Shown here one piece after another: positions 1 to 8,890 of a stretch of 32,000 bases of DNA. The DNA is from Planctopirus limnophila DSM 3776 (GTDB lineage Bacteria > Planctomycetota > Planctomycetia > Planctomycetales > Planctomycetaceae). Position 1 is the stretch's first letter; each line of letters starts with the position of its first letter. The stretch covers positions 4,710,001 through 4,742,000 of the forward strand of contig NC_014148.1 in assembly GCF_000092105.1 (NCBI RefSeq). The letters run 5' to 3'. Below the pieces are notes generated by a model, which was not told where the DNA came from, did no database searches, and worked only from the letters and a program-made list of their open reading frames with translations. Made by a program: the position numbers and the translations under genes.

Positions 1-1437
1 ACTCAACTCCCTGGCGATGAACTCACTGCAGCAGAAATTCTCCAAAACGCAGGCTATGCCACCGCTTTCATGGGCGAATGGAACCTGGGCGAAAACGCTT
101 CTCAGCCAGAAAATCAGGGCTTCTCTCACGTTGTCTGCAGTTCGCCGCTTACCAGTCAGCCGCAGTTCGCCGGTCAACATGCTGATGATCTGCTGACACA
201 ACAGGCCATCAACTGGATGGAAACCAATTCAAAGGAACCGTTCTTTCTGAATCTGTGGTATCAATCAGTCGGTGCACCTTTTCAAGCTCCATCTGGGGAT
301 ATACAGCAGGCACGCACATTGGCAGACCCCTCTCAAGATCCACAGCAGGCCCCGGTCATGGCCGCCATGATCGCGGCACTCGACCAGCGCGTCGGCCTCA
401 TTGTCGCCGCACTGGAGCGACTCCAGCTCACGCAGCGCACCATCATCGTTTTCACCTCCGATAACGGTGGCAACATGACCGACACGATCGAAGGCGACCT
501 CCTCACCAGCAATCGACCGCTCCGTGGTGGCAAAGGCTCGATGTATGAAGGGGGCAGTCGGGTCCCTCTCATCGTCGTCTGGCCTGGCGTCGCCACTCCT
601 GCTCGCAGCTGCGACGACGCCGTCAGTGCTGTGGATCTCCTCCCGACCCTGGTCGATATGGCGCGCGGCACCATCCCCGCAGGTCATCAGATTGACGGCG
701 TCAGTCTGAAACCCGCACTCACAGGGGCCACAGGTTTTGATCGAGGTGCCATCTTTCATCACTACCCGCACTACAACCCAACGACAGGAACCACACCTGC
801 GATCTCTGTTCGCAGTGAAAACATGAAGCTCATTCGCTTCTTCGGTGGTCATGTCACCCAGACAGACCGCATTGAAGTCTACGACCTGCAGAATGATCCC
901 GGCGAGCGCATCAACCTCGCACGTTCACGCCGGGATGAAATCGTACGCCTGACGAACCTCATCCAGAACTTTCTCATAGAAACCCGCGCATTGGTTCCAC
1001 AGAAAAATCCGAACTTTGAAAGACCGCAACAAGGCTGGGCGACTGGTGCCGATGCCGAAGTCGAAGATGGCGAGCTAGTCCTCAAACGTTCCGGAGATCG
1101 ACCCATTCTCTTTGAAACCTACGATGTACCGCATGTGAATCGGCAACTGCGCCTTCGCCTGCCACTCAAGACCTCGTCCCGCATGGAAGGGCGTGTCATG
1201 TGGTCAACTGCCAGCGAGCCAAGCTTTACGCAAAACCGGCAGGCCAAATTTGCAGCCACACAGACAGGTGAATGGGAAACTCACGAGATCACCTTGCCAG
1301 TTCAAGACCTGCTCACCGGGATCCGCATCGAGTTCGGTCGAGGAAATAGCGACCTCTCTCTCGGCTGGATCCGGGCCGAACTGATCGATGGCAACCTCGT
1401 TAAAGAATGGCAATTCGGCGAAGTCGAATCTGAGTAA
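1..1437 (+). CDS. Sulfatase-family protein, 5' end outside the window, with an extra C-terminal domain of about 130 aa
   Basis: Frame 1 is open from base 1 (TQLPGDELTAAEILQNAGYATAFMGEWNLG), so the ATG at 70 is internal. Sulfatase motifs are present: FTSDNGG, RGGKGSMYEGGSRVPLIVVWPG, VDLLPTL, YDLQNDPGE. Stop TAA at 1435-1437. Confidence 0.85.
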   Translation, partial: TQLPGDELTAAEILQNAGYATAFMGEWNLGENASQPENQGFSHVVCSSPLTSQPQFAGQHADDLLTQQAINWMETNSKEPFFLNLWYQSVGAPFQAPSGDIQQARTLADPSQDPQQAPVMAAMIAALDQRVGLIVAALERLQLTQRTIIVFTSDNGGNMTDTIEGDLLTSNRPLRGGKGSMYEGGSRVPLIVVWPGVATPARSCDDAVSAVDLLPTLVDMARGTIPAGHQIDGVSLKPALTGATGFDRGAIFHHYPHYNPTTGTTPAISVRSENMKLIRFFGGHVTQTDRIEVYDLQNDPGERINLARSRRDEIVRLTNLIQNFLIETRALVPQKNPNFERPQQGWATGADAEVEDGELVLKRSGDRPILFETYDVPHVNRQLRLRLPLKTSSRMEGRVMWSTASEPSFTQNRQAKFAATQTGEWETHEITLPVQDLLTGIRIEFGRGNSDLSLGWIRAELIDGNLVKEWQFGEVESE

Positions 1438-1483
1438 TCATCGCATTCCACGCCACCACACTTCATTCTGCCATCGGGTACTT

Positions 1484-1517
1484 GTGTGCCATGCTTGCAG
1501 CTCTGGGCAAGCATGCC
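1484..1517 (+). repeat. P1 palindromic intergenic element, copy 1
   Basis: GTGTGCCATGCTTGCAGCTCTGGGCAAGCATGCC. The 9-bp arms CATGCTTGC (1490-1498) and GCAAGCATG (1507-1515) flank an 8-nt spacer. Near-identical copies lie at 12631-12662 and 13765-13797. Confidence 0.85.
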
Positions 1518-1718
1518 TCCAAGGATGACGGGTAGCCCGGCCAACTCGTGGCCGGGTCATCGTACTTAGTGCGATGACAAGAAGCCGCGCCATGCGCGTG
1601 TCACGCCATCACTCTTGTCTCGCCCTTGGGTGGCACGACCCTGGAGCCACAAAAATCAAAACTGTGCGAAAGGGCGTGGTCTTTACCCCTTTTCTGAGTG
1701 AGAGTTTATGCATTGCCA

Positions 1719-1876
1719 GGGTGGCAGGGGTCGGATGTCTTCATCCGCCCCCTCTTCAAATCGAGTTCACCAGCACCAATGCATCTGTAGCGTTCTTCAG
1801 AACTCCCCAACATCGCCATAAACAACCAGCGTCAAGAAACCTGGGGGCAAACGAAGACGTTTGACCCCAGCCACCC
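1719..1876. repeat. P2 compound palindromic element, diverged copy with a long internal spacer
   Basis: The left unit GGGTGGCAGGGGTCGGATGTCTTCATCCGCCCCC (1719-1752) and right unit CTGGGGGCAAACGAAGACGTTTGACCCCAGCCACCC (1841-1876) resemble the two arms of the 15742-15825 hairpin. Both share GGGTGGC.GGGG...GTCTTC/GAAGAC...CCCCAGCCACCC. Confidence 0.6.
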
Positions 1877-1891
1877 AGCCTCCAGCCACAT

Positions 1892-1921
1892 ACCAAAAAG
1901 CACACAATCAACGTTGTGTGT
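1892..1921 (-). terminator. Probable intrinsic terminator of the methyltransferase gene
   Basis: The minus strand reads CACACAA-CGTTGA-TTGTGTG (7-bp stem, 6-nt loop, plus coordinates 1901-1920) followed by CTTTTTGG. It lies about 70 nt downstream of the stop at 1990. Confidence 0.6.
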
Positions 1922-1989
1922 CATAAACAGTAGCTCCAAGCAAGTATGCTGATCAACCCTCAACACGCCATTGATTTCTGGTATGCGTT

Positions 1990-2811
1990 TTAGAGATGCT
2001 TCTTCAGAATAAAGATTCCTTCGCCCTCACCTTTGGTCGACTTTCGATGCAGATAGAACTCGACATCAAAAGGGAACTTGAGTTCCATCTGCAGGGCACT
2101 CAGCCACGCCCACATCCCCCGCTGTGACCAGCAGTGATAATGAATGTTGAATTCAGTTCGAATCAGATGTTCGACGTGCGCTGCAAGAGCCGCTGGTTCT
2201 GTCACCTGATCGACGAGCTGGGCATACTCGACAAAGTGGTCGCGTCGCGACCAAGCCGGGCCTTCCCGATAGTCGCGTAGCAGATGCTCGACAGTTGTCT
2301 CTGGCCGATGCCGATCAAACGTGCCCCGCATATCCGGGATCGTCAGATAAATCACGCCCCCTGGTTTCACGACGCGCAAGAAGTTTTCGATCACCGAGAC
2401 CGGGTCTTCGGCATGCTCAATCATGTGGTTGGCAATCACAAAATCCTGCGATGTATTCGCCAACGTCGCCAGCGTCTCACCATTGTCGATAATCGCCGGG
2501 CGTACGATCCCTTTATTAGCCATGGTTGGATAGGCGCGAATCAGATCGTCATACGACATCCGATCCACATAGGTCACGCGGGCAGCGGCTGGCACCTTGA
2601 GGGGATTATGCAAAGCACCAATCTCTATCCCTTCGCCACACAGGTACTCTTCGGCCACTCCCCGCCGGCCAAACAGCCGGGTTGATCCCGCCGCAGATCC
2701 CCATGACCTGGCAGAACCCAATGATCGGATTGAACCCTGTGGCCCAGTCAGACGATTCCATAAAGTGCCCAGACCCATGCTTGCCATCCCTTCCCTGAAG
2801 ACAGACTTCAT
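1990..2811 (-). CDS. Class I SAM-dependent methyltransferase
   Basis: GIEIGALHNP...DFVIANHMIEHAEDPVSVIENFLRVVKPGGVIYLTIPD matches the Methyltransf_11/23 pattern. I placed the start at ATG 2811 (MKSVFREG...) because the listed start at 3027 would overlap the upstream hydrolase gene by 125 nt. The start remains uncertain, with other ATGs at 2787 and 2778. Confidence 0.8.
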   Translation of the reverse strand: MKSVFREGMASMGLGTLWNRLTGPQGSIRSLGSARSWGSAAGSTRLFGRRGVAEEYLCGEGIEIGALHNPLKVPAAARVTYVDRMSYDDLIRAYPTMANKGIVRPAIIDNGETLATLANTSQDFVIANHMIEHAEDPVSVIENFLRVVKPGGVIYLTIPDMRGTFDRHRPETTVEHLLRDYREGPAWSRRDHFVEYAQLVDQVTEPAALAAHVEHLIRTEFNIHYHCWSQRGMWAWLSALQMELKFPFDVEFYLHRKSTKGEGEGIFILKKHL

Positions 2812-2902
2812 GGGAGGAACTGTAGCTCTGAACAGACTTTTTCGGCAAGGTGGGTTTTCAACGGTCAGCCATCCGGACGAGTCGATGGAAAACAAACATC
2901 CG

Positions 2903-4912
2903 TCACTTCCCTTTGCGGTCCGCCTCCTCCTGCTGCAACGATTTCCTGATCGCCTCGTTGAAAGCTTTCTCATGCTCAGCAGGTGCGAGAGCAGAGTTAG
3001 ACATCCGGTTCTTGGAATACTTGCCACCTTCCCAGCGCAGATTGCGGATCTCGCGCGGCCCCTCCCAGGGCTTGGCGTCCACTTTGACCAATTGCCCGGA
3101 TCTGGTCGTCTGTCCGGCAGGACTGATGCTCAACTCACAGACCGTCTGCCAGTCCGTTATTAGCGTCGAGAATTTCGGGTCAGTGACCGCCAGTTCCTCC
3201 AGACTCACCACAACCGTCTGCCAGTCGGTCGATCCCTTCAGTGGCTTGATCACGCTGTAACTTACAGCGGGCTTGCCCGGCTCATAAGCGCCCCACTCGT
3301 TGCAGTGCACACTCACGACCAGCGAGTTATCTGTGTGGCAACGGATGTCGAACATCAGCCTGGCACCATTCGGACCACGCCATTTGACATCCTTCAGCTT
3401 ACGCGTCGAGGCGCTCCAGAGCGGCAGATGGTCCCAGTTGATCTGATACCAGTCGTGCCACCCGCGTGCTCCATCATCAATCAGGCGTTCCGGAGAGTCC
3501 GTCACCATCACACCAGCCGCTTTCATTTCAGCAGAGGCCCTGGAAAGGACCCGCGAACTCAGCTTGTAGGTATCGGACAGTTGGTATTTCCTGGAGACCG
3601 TGCGATAGCGGCCGGGCAACTCATACGTCACATCCGCATAGACGAAGAGGGGCTGGTCCAGACTCATCACGGGACACCTGCCCTGCCATTGCACGCCATT
3701 TTTCTCGGCCTTTCCATCTCGCCAGAACCGTGTCAGTTCGTGTGGATCGATCGCATAGTAGATGGCCACATTCAGCACCGCTTGCGATCCATCAGGCACA
3801 ACCGTAACCAGCGGTACGCCATCCTGGGTCTTCAACTGCAATTCGATTTGGGGCGTTTCCGGCATTTGGAAGGCACCCTTCAAGTGCTCCTCAAACCACA
3901 GGAACTGTGTGACTTCATGTTCTTTGGTGTGGCGGTGATTGAAATGTGGCGAAATGCTCAGGCGGAACCGCTCATCAGGAACCTCTCGCCAGTTCCAGGC
4001 CATGTTGTCAATATGTGCATGGAAGTCGTTGGTCGGCGAAAGCCACAGCACCGGACATGTCAGTCGCGGGATGTAGGCGTTGTCCGAAACGCACGCGAGT
4101 TTCATCGCTGATAGTTTCGTTTTCAGCCCTCCCGGCACGTCAATCTGCAACTCGGTGAGATCACCCGCACCACCACAAGAGGGCACAGCCACCCGCACAC
4201 GCTTGTCGATGGCCGCAAGATTCGTCGTGAGCTTGCCGCCCATGGAATGCCCGTAAACTCCAATCAGCGAACCATCCACCTCTGGTTGTGATTCGAGGAA
4301 CGTGATCGCACGCCTGGCAGCCATCAACACCAGGAACCAGTTGCTATTCCGCGGCGATACCACCGCATCGAGCGTGTATTCGTCAGGCGTCAACTCACTC
4401 ACAAAGTGATTCGCTTTGTTCCGCTGCGGCGGGTGCGTGGCGTCAAGTCGACCCCAATCGGTTTGAGGCCCCTCATACTTCACGACCGCTCGGCCAAAGT
4501 TCAAGGGGTTGCCTCCCCAGTTAATCGACATGCTCGCGTAACCGCGCACGGTATCTTTCAGCACGCTATCAAAGCCGGCCGATTGTCCCCCGCCATGAAT
4601 CGAGAGCAGTGCCGGTAACTTCTGCCCTCCCTGAGGAAATGCATAAAACGCCGCGACTTTTGCCGGTGCACCTTTGAAAACACCCACTTGAAATCGCACC
4701 AGACGACACACCGCGCCATCCTGCTCCCATTCCCTGAGAACCTCGACTTCCAAGGGCTCGTTGCGAGGATCGAAGTCTGCCCAGAGTTCATCCAGATTGG
4801 CGGGCACTCTTCCATTGACAAGTGGCGGCAACGTCTCGGCCTGAATAGCCGTCGATAACAAAGAGTTCGCAAACACCAAAAGGCTAAATAGATAGAACAG
4901 CAAGGATTTCAT
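2903..4912 (-). CDS. Secreted alpha/beta-hydrolase (acetyl-xylan-esterase or dienelactone-hydrolase-like) with a large C-terminal domain
   Basis: It has a GHSMGG nucleophile elbow, LLSIHGGGQS and a signal-peptide-like N-terminus MKSLLFYLFSLLVFANSLLSTAIQA. ATG 4912 is preceded by GGAG 7-8 nt upstream, whereas the ORF-track start at 4942 has no such support. Confidence 0.75.
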   Translation of the reverse strand: MKSLLFYLFSLLVFANSLLSTAIQAETLPPLVNGRVPANLDELWADFDPRNEPLEVEVLREWEQDGAVCRLVRFQVGVFKGAPAKVAAFYAFPQGGQKLPALLSIHGGGQSAGFDSVLKDTVRGYASMSINWGGNPLNFGRAVVKYEGPQTDWGRLDATHPPQRNKANHFVSELTPDEYTLDAVVSPRNSNWFLVLMAARRAITFLESQPEVDGSLIGVYGHSMGGKLTTNLAAIDKRVRVAVPSCGGAGDLTELQIDVPGGLKTKLSAMKLACVSDNAYIPRLTCPVLWLSPTNDFHAHIDNMAWNWREVPDERFRLSISPHFNHRHTKEHEVTQFLWFEEHLKGAFQMPETPQIELQLKTQDGVPLVTVVPDGSQAVLNVAIYYAIDPHELTRFWRDGKAEKNGVQWQGRCPVMSLDQPLFVYADVTYELPGRYRTVSRKYQLSDTYKLSSRVLSRASAEMKAAGVMVTDSPERLIDDGARGWHDWYQINWDHLPLWSASTRKLKDVKWRGPNGARLMFDIRCHTDNSLVVSVHCNEWGAYEPGKPAVSYSVIKPLKGSTDWQTVVVSLEELAVTDPKFSTLITDWQTVCELSISPAGQTTRSGQLVKVDAKPWEGPREIRNLRWEGGKYSKNRMSNSALAPAEHEKAFNEAIRKSLQQEEADRKGK

Positions 4913-4973
4913 GGATGCTCCGCTCAGGCTGGATAATTCCAAATGTTCTCAGCACGCACTCAGGCCATCGCTG

Positions 4974-5252
4974 CTACCACCTCAAACTCAAGAGCAACAT
5001 CGTGAACAGCAAGAGCCCCACGATGGCATAGACCCACCAGCTTTTCGCAAAAGGGCTCCCCGAACGACTGATGTATTCACCACAGAACGGGCAACGAACC
5101 GCATCCTCGTAAACATCGGCCCGGCAATGCGGACACTCCATGTACTCAGGTTCTTCGTCATCCACCTGATCATAAGTGTCGTCTTCGTAAGACCAGTCCT
5201 TGGGCTTCTTCCCCTTCTTCCACCAGTCGTCATCATCTTCTGCAATGCTCAT
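4974..5252 (-). CDS. Small zinc-ribbon protein with an acidic N-terminus and a C-terminal TM anchor
   Basis: The 92-aa protein has CPHC...CPFC (two CxxC pairs), then WWVYAIVGLLLFTMLLLSL. It fills the gap between two same-strand genes. Confidence 0.55.
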   Translation of the reverse strand: MSIAEDDDDWWKKGKKPKDWSYEDDTYDQVDDEEPEYMECPHCRADVYEDAVRCPFCGEYISRSGSPFAKSWWVYAIVGLLLFTMLLLSLRW

Positions 5253-5365
5253 GATGCACTCGGGAATCAGGAACGTGACATGTTGGTCTTATCCGCATCA
5301 GGTTGCGTAGGGTGTCATGGAGTTCTTACGGAATGCACCATCTTTATCTTACAACACCCCAGTGA

Positions 5366-6232
5366 TCACTTCACAGCAGGTTTTGCCAGTTCTGCACGCA
5401 GAAATGCCGGTCGATTGGTGGTAATACTGTCCACTCCCGCTTCACACATGGCCCGCGCCAACTCAGGATCATCCACTGTCCAGACATGCATTACGAGACC
5501 CGCCTGACGAATGGTCTCGACAAACTTCCGGTCGATATCGGTGGTCGCCGAAAGATCGACACCGTGGACGCCCAGACGTCTGGCTGTCTGAGCAAGCTCT
5601 TCAGCCGTCGGTGGTGTTTTATCACCACTTTTCGGCTTCTTGATGTCAGCGAGAAAATACACCTGATGCTCAGGAATCTGCTCGCGGACAGCCTGACAGA
5701 CCGCAGCCTGAAAACAGATCACGACGATCGCTTCGGGTGGCTGCCCTGACTTCGAAAACTCCTGCTTCAAGTAAGGCACAATCTCTGGCCCGCACTTCAC
5801 CTCCACCAGCATGCGTTTGCCTTGCGGAATGCTCGCCAATGCTTCAGCCAGTCGAGGAATCTTCGTCCCTGCATACTTCGGAGATTTCCAGGCACCGGCA
5901 TCCTGTGTCGAAAGCTCTGCCCACGTCTGCTCCGCCACCGGTCGATCAACTCCGGTTGTCCGTTTGGTCGTCTTGTCGTGCAGCAGCACAACTTCTCGAT
6001 CTTTGCTCAAGTAAACATCGATCTCGACCAGATCAGCGCCTTGTTCCCACCCGAGCAGCACAGCCGGCATCGTGTTTTCCGGAGCATCGTGCGAAGCACC
6101 GCGATGAGCCACAATCTCCACTCTTCGCATGGTGCGAGTTTCCTCACTCTGCAGATTTGCCCCGTAGAAACATGCACCACAAAACCAGGCCAGAGCGAAC
6201 AGCACCAGCCCCACATTTCGACTTGCAGACAC
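5366..6232 (-). CDS. Glycerophosphodiester phosphodiesterase (GDPD family)
   Basis: VEIVAHRGASHDAPENTMPAV...ADLVEIDVYLSKDREVVLLHD is the GDPD signature. GTG 6232 gives a signal-peptide-like N-terminus. The alternative ATG at 6130 (MRRVEIVAHRG) would give a cytosolic form. Confidence 0.85.
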   Translation of the reverse strand: MSASRNVGLVLFALAWFCGACFYGANLQSEETRTMRRVEIVAHRGASHDAPENTMPAVLLGWEQGADLVEIDVYLSKDREVVLLHDKTTKRTTGVDRPVAEQTWAELSTQDAGAWKSPKYAGTKIPRLAEALASIPQGKRMLVEVKCGPEIVPYLKQEFSKSGQPPEAIVVICFQAAVCQAVREQIPEHQVYFLADIKKPKSGDKTPPTAEELAQTARRLGVHGVDLSATTDIDRKFVETIRQAGLVMHVWTVDDPELARAMCEAGVDSITTNRPAFLRAELAKPAVK

Positions 6233-6321
6233 AGACCTTCCCCTCAGTGAGAGTGCAAACTCAGCGAGTCGACGCAGAAATCGACCTGAGCCGATCAGTC
6301 GTCCTTTGACCTAGCTGCGTT

Positions 6322-6873
6322 CTACTTGGCTTCACGAAAACCCCTGCGACGTTCCAGACTGTACCTTTCCAGCGCTTCGCGAATAATCGGGAAGCAGGTT
6401 TCGGCACTGGTCAGATCATCAACTTCGACCTGCTTTCCTTCCAGCATTTTATAATCCTGAAAGAAGCGGCGAATCATCGCCAGCCGATGAGGTGGCAACT
6501 CACTCGCTTCATGGAACGAGTTGAATTCCGGGTCATGCGTCGCCACAGCCAGAATCTTATGATCCCGCTTGCCGCAGTCGATCATCGTCATCAGACCAAT
6601 CGCCCGCGCTTCAACCAGCGTCAGCGGATCAACCGGCTCCTGACACAGCACCAGCACATCCAGCGGGTCGTCATCCTCAGCCATGGTCTGCGGAATAAAA
6701 CCATAGTTGGCAGGGTAGTACACAGCCGAGTGCAGCATGCGATCCAGTCGCAGCATGCCGGTCTCCTTATCCAGCTCGTACTTGACGCTGGAACCCCGGG
6801 GGATCTCAATAATGGCGGTGAACTCTGAAGGAAGATCTTCACCAGGTGTTACGTCATGCCAGGCGTGAGTCAT
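6322..6873 (-). CDS. ppa: Inorganic pyrophosphatase, family I
   Basis: IIEIPRGSSVKYELDKETG...YPANYGFIPQT..DDDPLDVLVL...DHKILAV are classic soluble PPase motifs. AGGAG lies 9 nt upstream of the ATG. Confidence 0.95.
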   Translation of the reverse strand: MTHAWHDVTPGEDLPSEFTAIIEIPRGSSVKYELDKETGMLRLDRMLHSAVYYPANYGFIPQTMAEDDDPLDVLVLCQEPVDPLTLVEARAIGLMTMIDCGKRDHKILAVATHDPEFNSFHEASELPPHRLAMIRRFFQDYKMLEGKQVEVDDLTSAETCFPIIREALERYSLERRRGFREAK

Positions 6874-7202
6874 TCACGCAGCTCCTGTTAGCTGTTTCTA
6901 AAAACGATTCGGAAAGGGAGCCGCAAATCAACTGCGAGCACACACCATAAGTCTACCGCACAGAGAACGGCAGTGCACGATGGGTCTGCTCACAGTTTCA
7001 AGAATTTCCATCCTTGAGACAGTCACCCATTTCACCCATGACAGAGCCGCTGGTGGATGATTATCCTCAAGCTATCGATTTCAGTGGTAAACGACTCCAA
7101 ACCACACAAATCTCATCCATTCCTTAGAATTAACTCTTTAGCGATCGTTTTCAGTCACTTCTCATAAAATTTCTTCCATCACCTCATAAGCAAATCCTTC
7201 GC

Positions 7203-8864
7203 ATGCTCCCGGATCGCATTGGCAATTACATTATCGAGCGGCAACTCGGCTCTGGAGGCATGGGGAACGTCTATCTCGGACGTGACGATGCCACCGGAGC
7301 CTTCGCCGCCATTAAAGAATTGCCCGCTTCATTGGCTCGCGAAGAAGGTTTCGTCGCCAGGTTCCATCGCGAAATCGAAGTCCTCCGCTCACTCAATCAT
7401 CCCCAGATCGTTCGCCTTTACGGCTGCGGAACTGATCGCGAGACCCACTACTACGCCATGGAGTATGTCGAAGGCGAGACTCTCACCCAACGCCTCAAAC
7501 GCGAAAAGCGCATCCCGTGGCGCGAAGTGGTTTCACTTGGCATTCTCATTTGCGGTGCTCTCAAAGCTGCCCACGATATCGGCGTCATCCATCGCGATCT
7601 CAAACCGTCAAACCTCCTCCTTACCCCCGATGGGAAAGTCAAACTCACCGATTTCGGCGTCGCTCAAGTCTTTGCCAGTGGCAAACTCACAGCCACCGGC
7701 GGCGTCATCGGCACAGCCGAATATATGTCCCCCGAACAAGCCCAGGGGGCCAGATCATCCCGCCGCAGTGACCTCTATTCACTGGGCTCTGTCTTCTATG
7801 TCATGCTCGTCGGTAAACCCCCGTTTCAAGGGAGCAGTGCCGCCGAGATTCTCAACAAACATCGCTTCGGCCAGTTCGATAAGCCGAAATCCTTCCTCCC
7901 TGAGCTGCCCAGCCTCGTGGATGAAATCGTCTGTCAGTTACTCGAAAAAGATCCTTCCAAACGTCCGCCAGATGCCTATGTCCTCGGGAAAAAGCTGCAG
8001 GAAATCCAAAGGCGCGTCGACTTCCAGATCGAAGCCGCTCAAGGGACATACCACTCCCGGCTCGAAGGGGGAGAAACCACCTCACGTCAACCCGCAGGAA
8101 GTCCCTCCAGCGATTTTCCACCGATCGAACTCGGCCCCACGTTCGTTCGTGATCTCGTTCGCGCCGAAATCGATCTGCAGAATCGCCAGAGTCTCTTCTC
8201 ACGAATTCTCAACAACACTTACGTCCTCCTGATTCTGTTTGCTTTAGTGACAGGAGGTGGCGTTTATCTGTTCCTCAACACCGGTATTGAGCCCGAAGAA
8301 CAGTTCGAGATTGCCAAAGATCTGCTCGAAGGCCCGCCGGGCCCCGCTTGGTTCCGTGCCCGCGACCAGTATCTCATTCCTCTGCTGCAATCCGATCCGG
8401 TCCGCTGGCGCGATCAGGTGGAGCCTTACCTGCAAAAGATCGAGGTCTACCAGATCGAGTCGACCATTCTGCCCTCACGACGCAGGGATCGCATTGATCC
8501 GCCCGCTTCGGAACCCGAGCGACTTTTGCGCCTGGCCCGCGCTCAACTCGATGCCGGAGATGTCCCCGCCGCCAAAAAGACCTTTGAATCTTTGCGCGTG
8601 CTGCTCGAAGGGAATGGCCAGTACGAGGTGCTCAAAACGATTGTCAATAATCAGATCGAAGCTCTCGAAAGAGAGCAGGTCTCACGAGCCGAACGGGATG
8701 CCTTCATACAGACATCCTTTGAGCGAGCCGAGAAATTTCAGTCCGAAGGGAAACTCGAAAATGCCCGCCAGATCTGGCAGGGGATCATCGCTCTCTACCA
8801 GGACGACCCCACCGCCACTCATTGGGTCGAACAGGCCAAATCCCTGCTGAATAGCTCGCCTTAA
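7203..8864 (+). CDS. Ser/Thr protein kinase with one TM segment and a helical C-terminal (TPR-like) domain
   Basis: Kinase motifs are GSGGMGNVY, AIKEL, HRDLKPSNLL, DFGVA and AEYMSPEQ. The TM segment is YVLLILFALVTGGGVYLFL. Confidence 0.9.
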   Translation: MLPDRIGNYIIERQLGSGGMGNVYLGRDDATGAFAAIKELPASLAREEGFVARFHREIEVLRSLNHPQIVRLYGCGTDRETHYYAMEYVEGETLTQRLKREKRIPWREVVSLGILICGALKAAHDIGVIHRDLKPSNLLLTPDGKVKLTDFGVAQVFASGKLTATGGVIGTAEYMSPEQAQGARSSRRSDLYSLGSVFYVMLVGKPPFQGSSAAEILNKHRFGQFDKPKSFLPELPSLVDEIVCQLLEKDPSKRPPDAYVLGKKLQEIQRRVDFQIEAAQGTYHSRLEGGETTSRQPAGSPSSDFPPIELGPTFVRDLVRAEIDLQNRQSLFSRILNNTYVLLILFALVTGGGVYLFLNTGIEPEEQFEIAKDLLEGPPGPAWFRARDQYLIPLLQSDPVRWRDQVEPYLQKIEVYQIESTILPSRRRDRIDPPASEPERLLRLARAQLDAGDVPAAKKTFESLRVLLEGNGQYEVLKTIVNNQIEALEREQVSRAERDAFIQTSFERAEKFQSEGKLENARQIWQGIIALYQDDPTATHWVEQAKSLLNSSP

Positions 8865-8890
8865 AGCTTCTTTTTCTTGAAGAAGAAACT

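Noticed and set aside
1574-1864. The 96-aa ORF in the sulfatase/methyltransferase intergenic region, and similarly the 81-aa ORF at 15744-15989.
   Set aside because: Both are read through P2 repeat units and hairpins, have no motifs and sit at convergent gene ends. They are most likely artefacts of repeat sequence.
2812-3027. The 72-codon N-terminal extension of the methyltransferase ORF.
   Set aside because: It would overlap the 3' end of the alpha/beta-hydrolase gene by 125 nt. The extension is Arg/Ser/Cys-rich and the methyltransferase fold begins well downstream.
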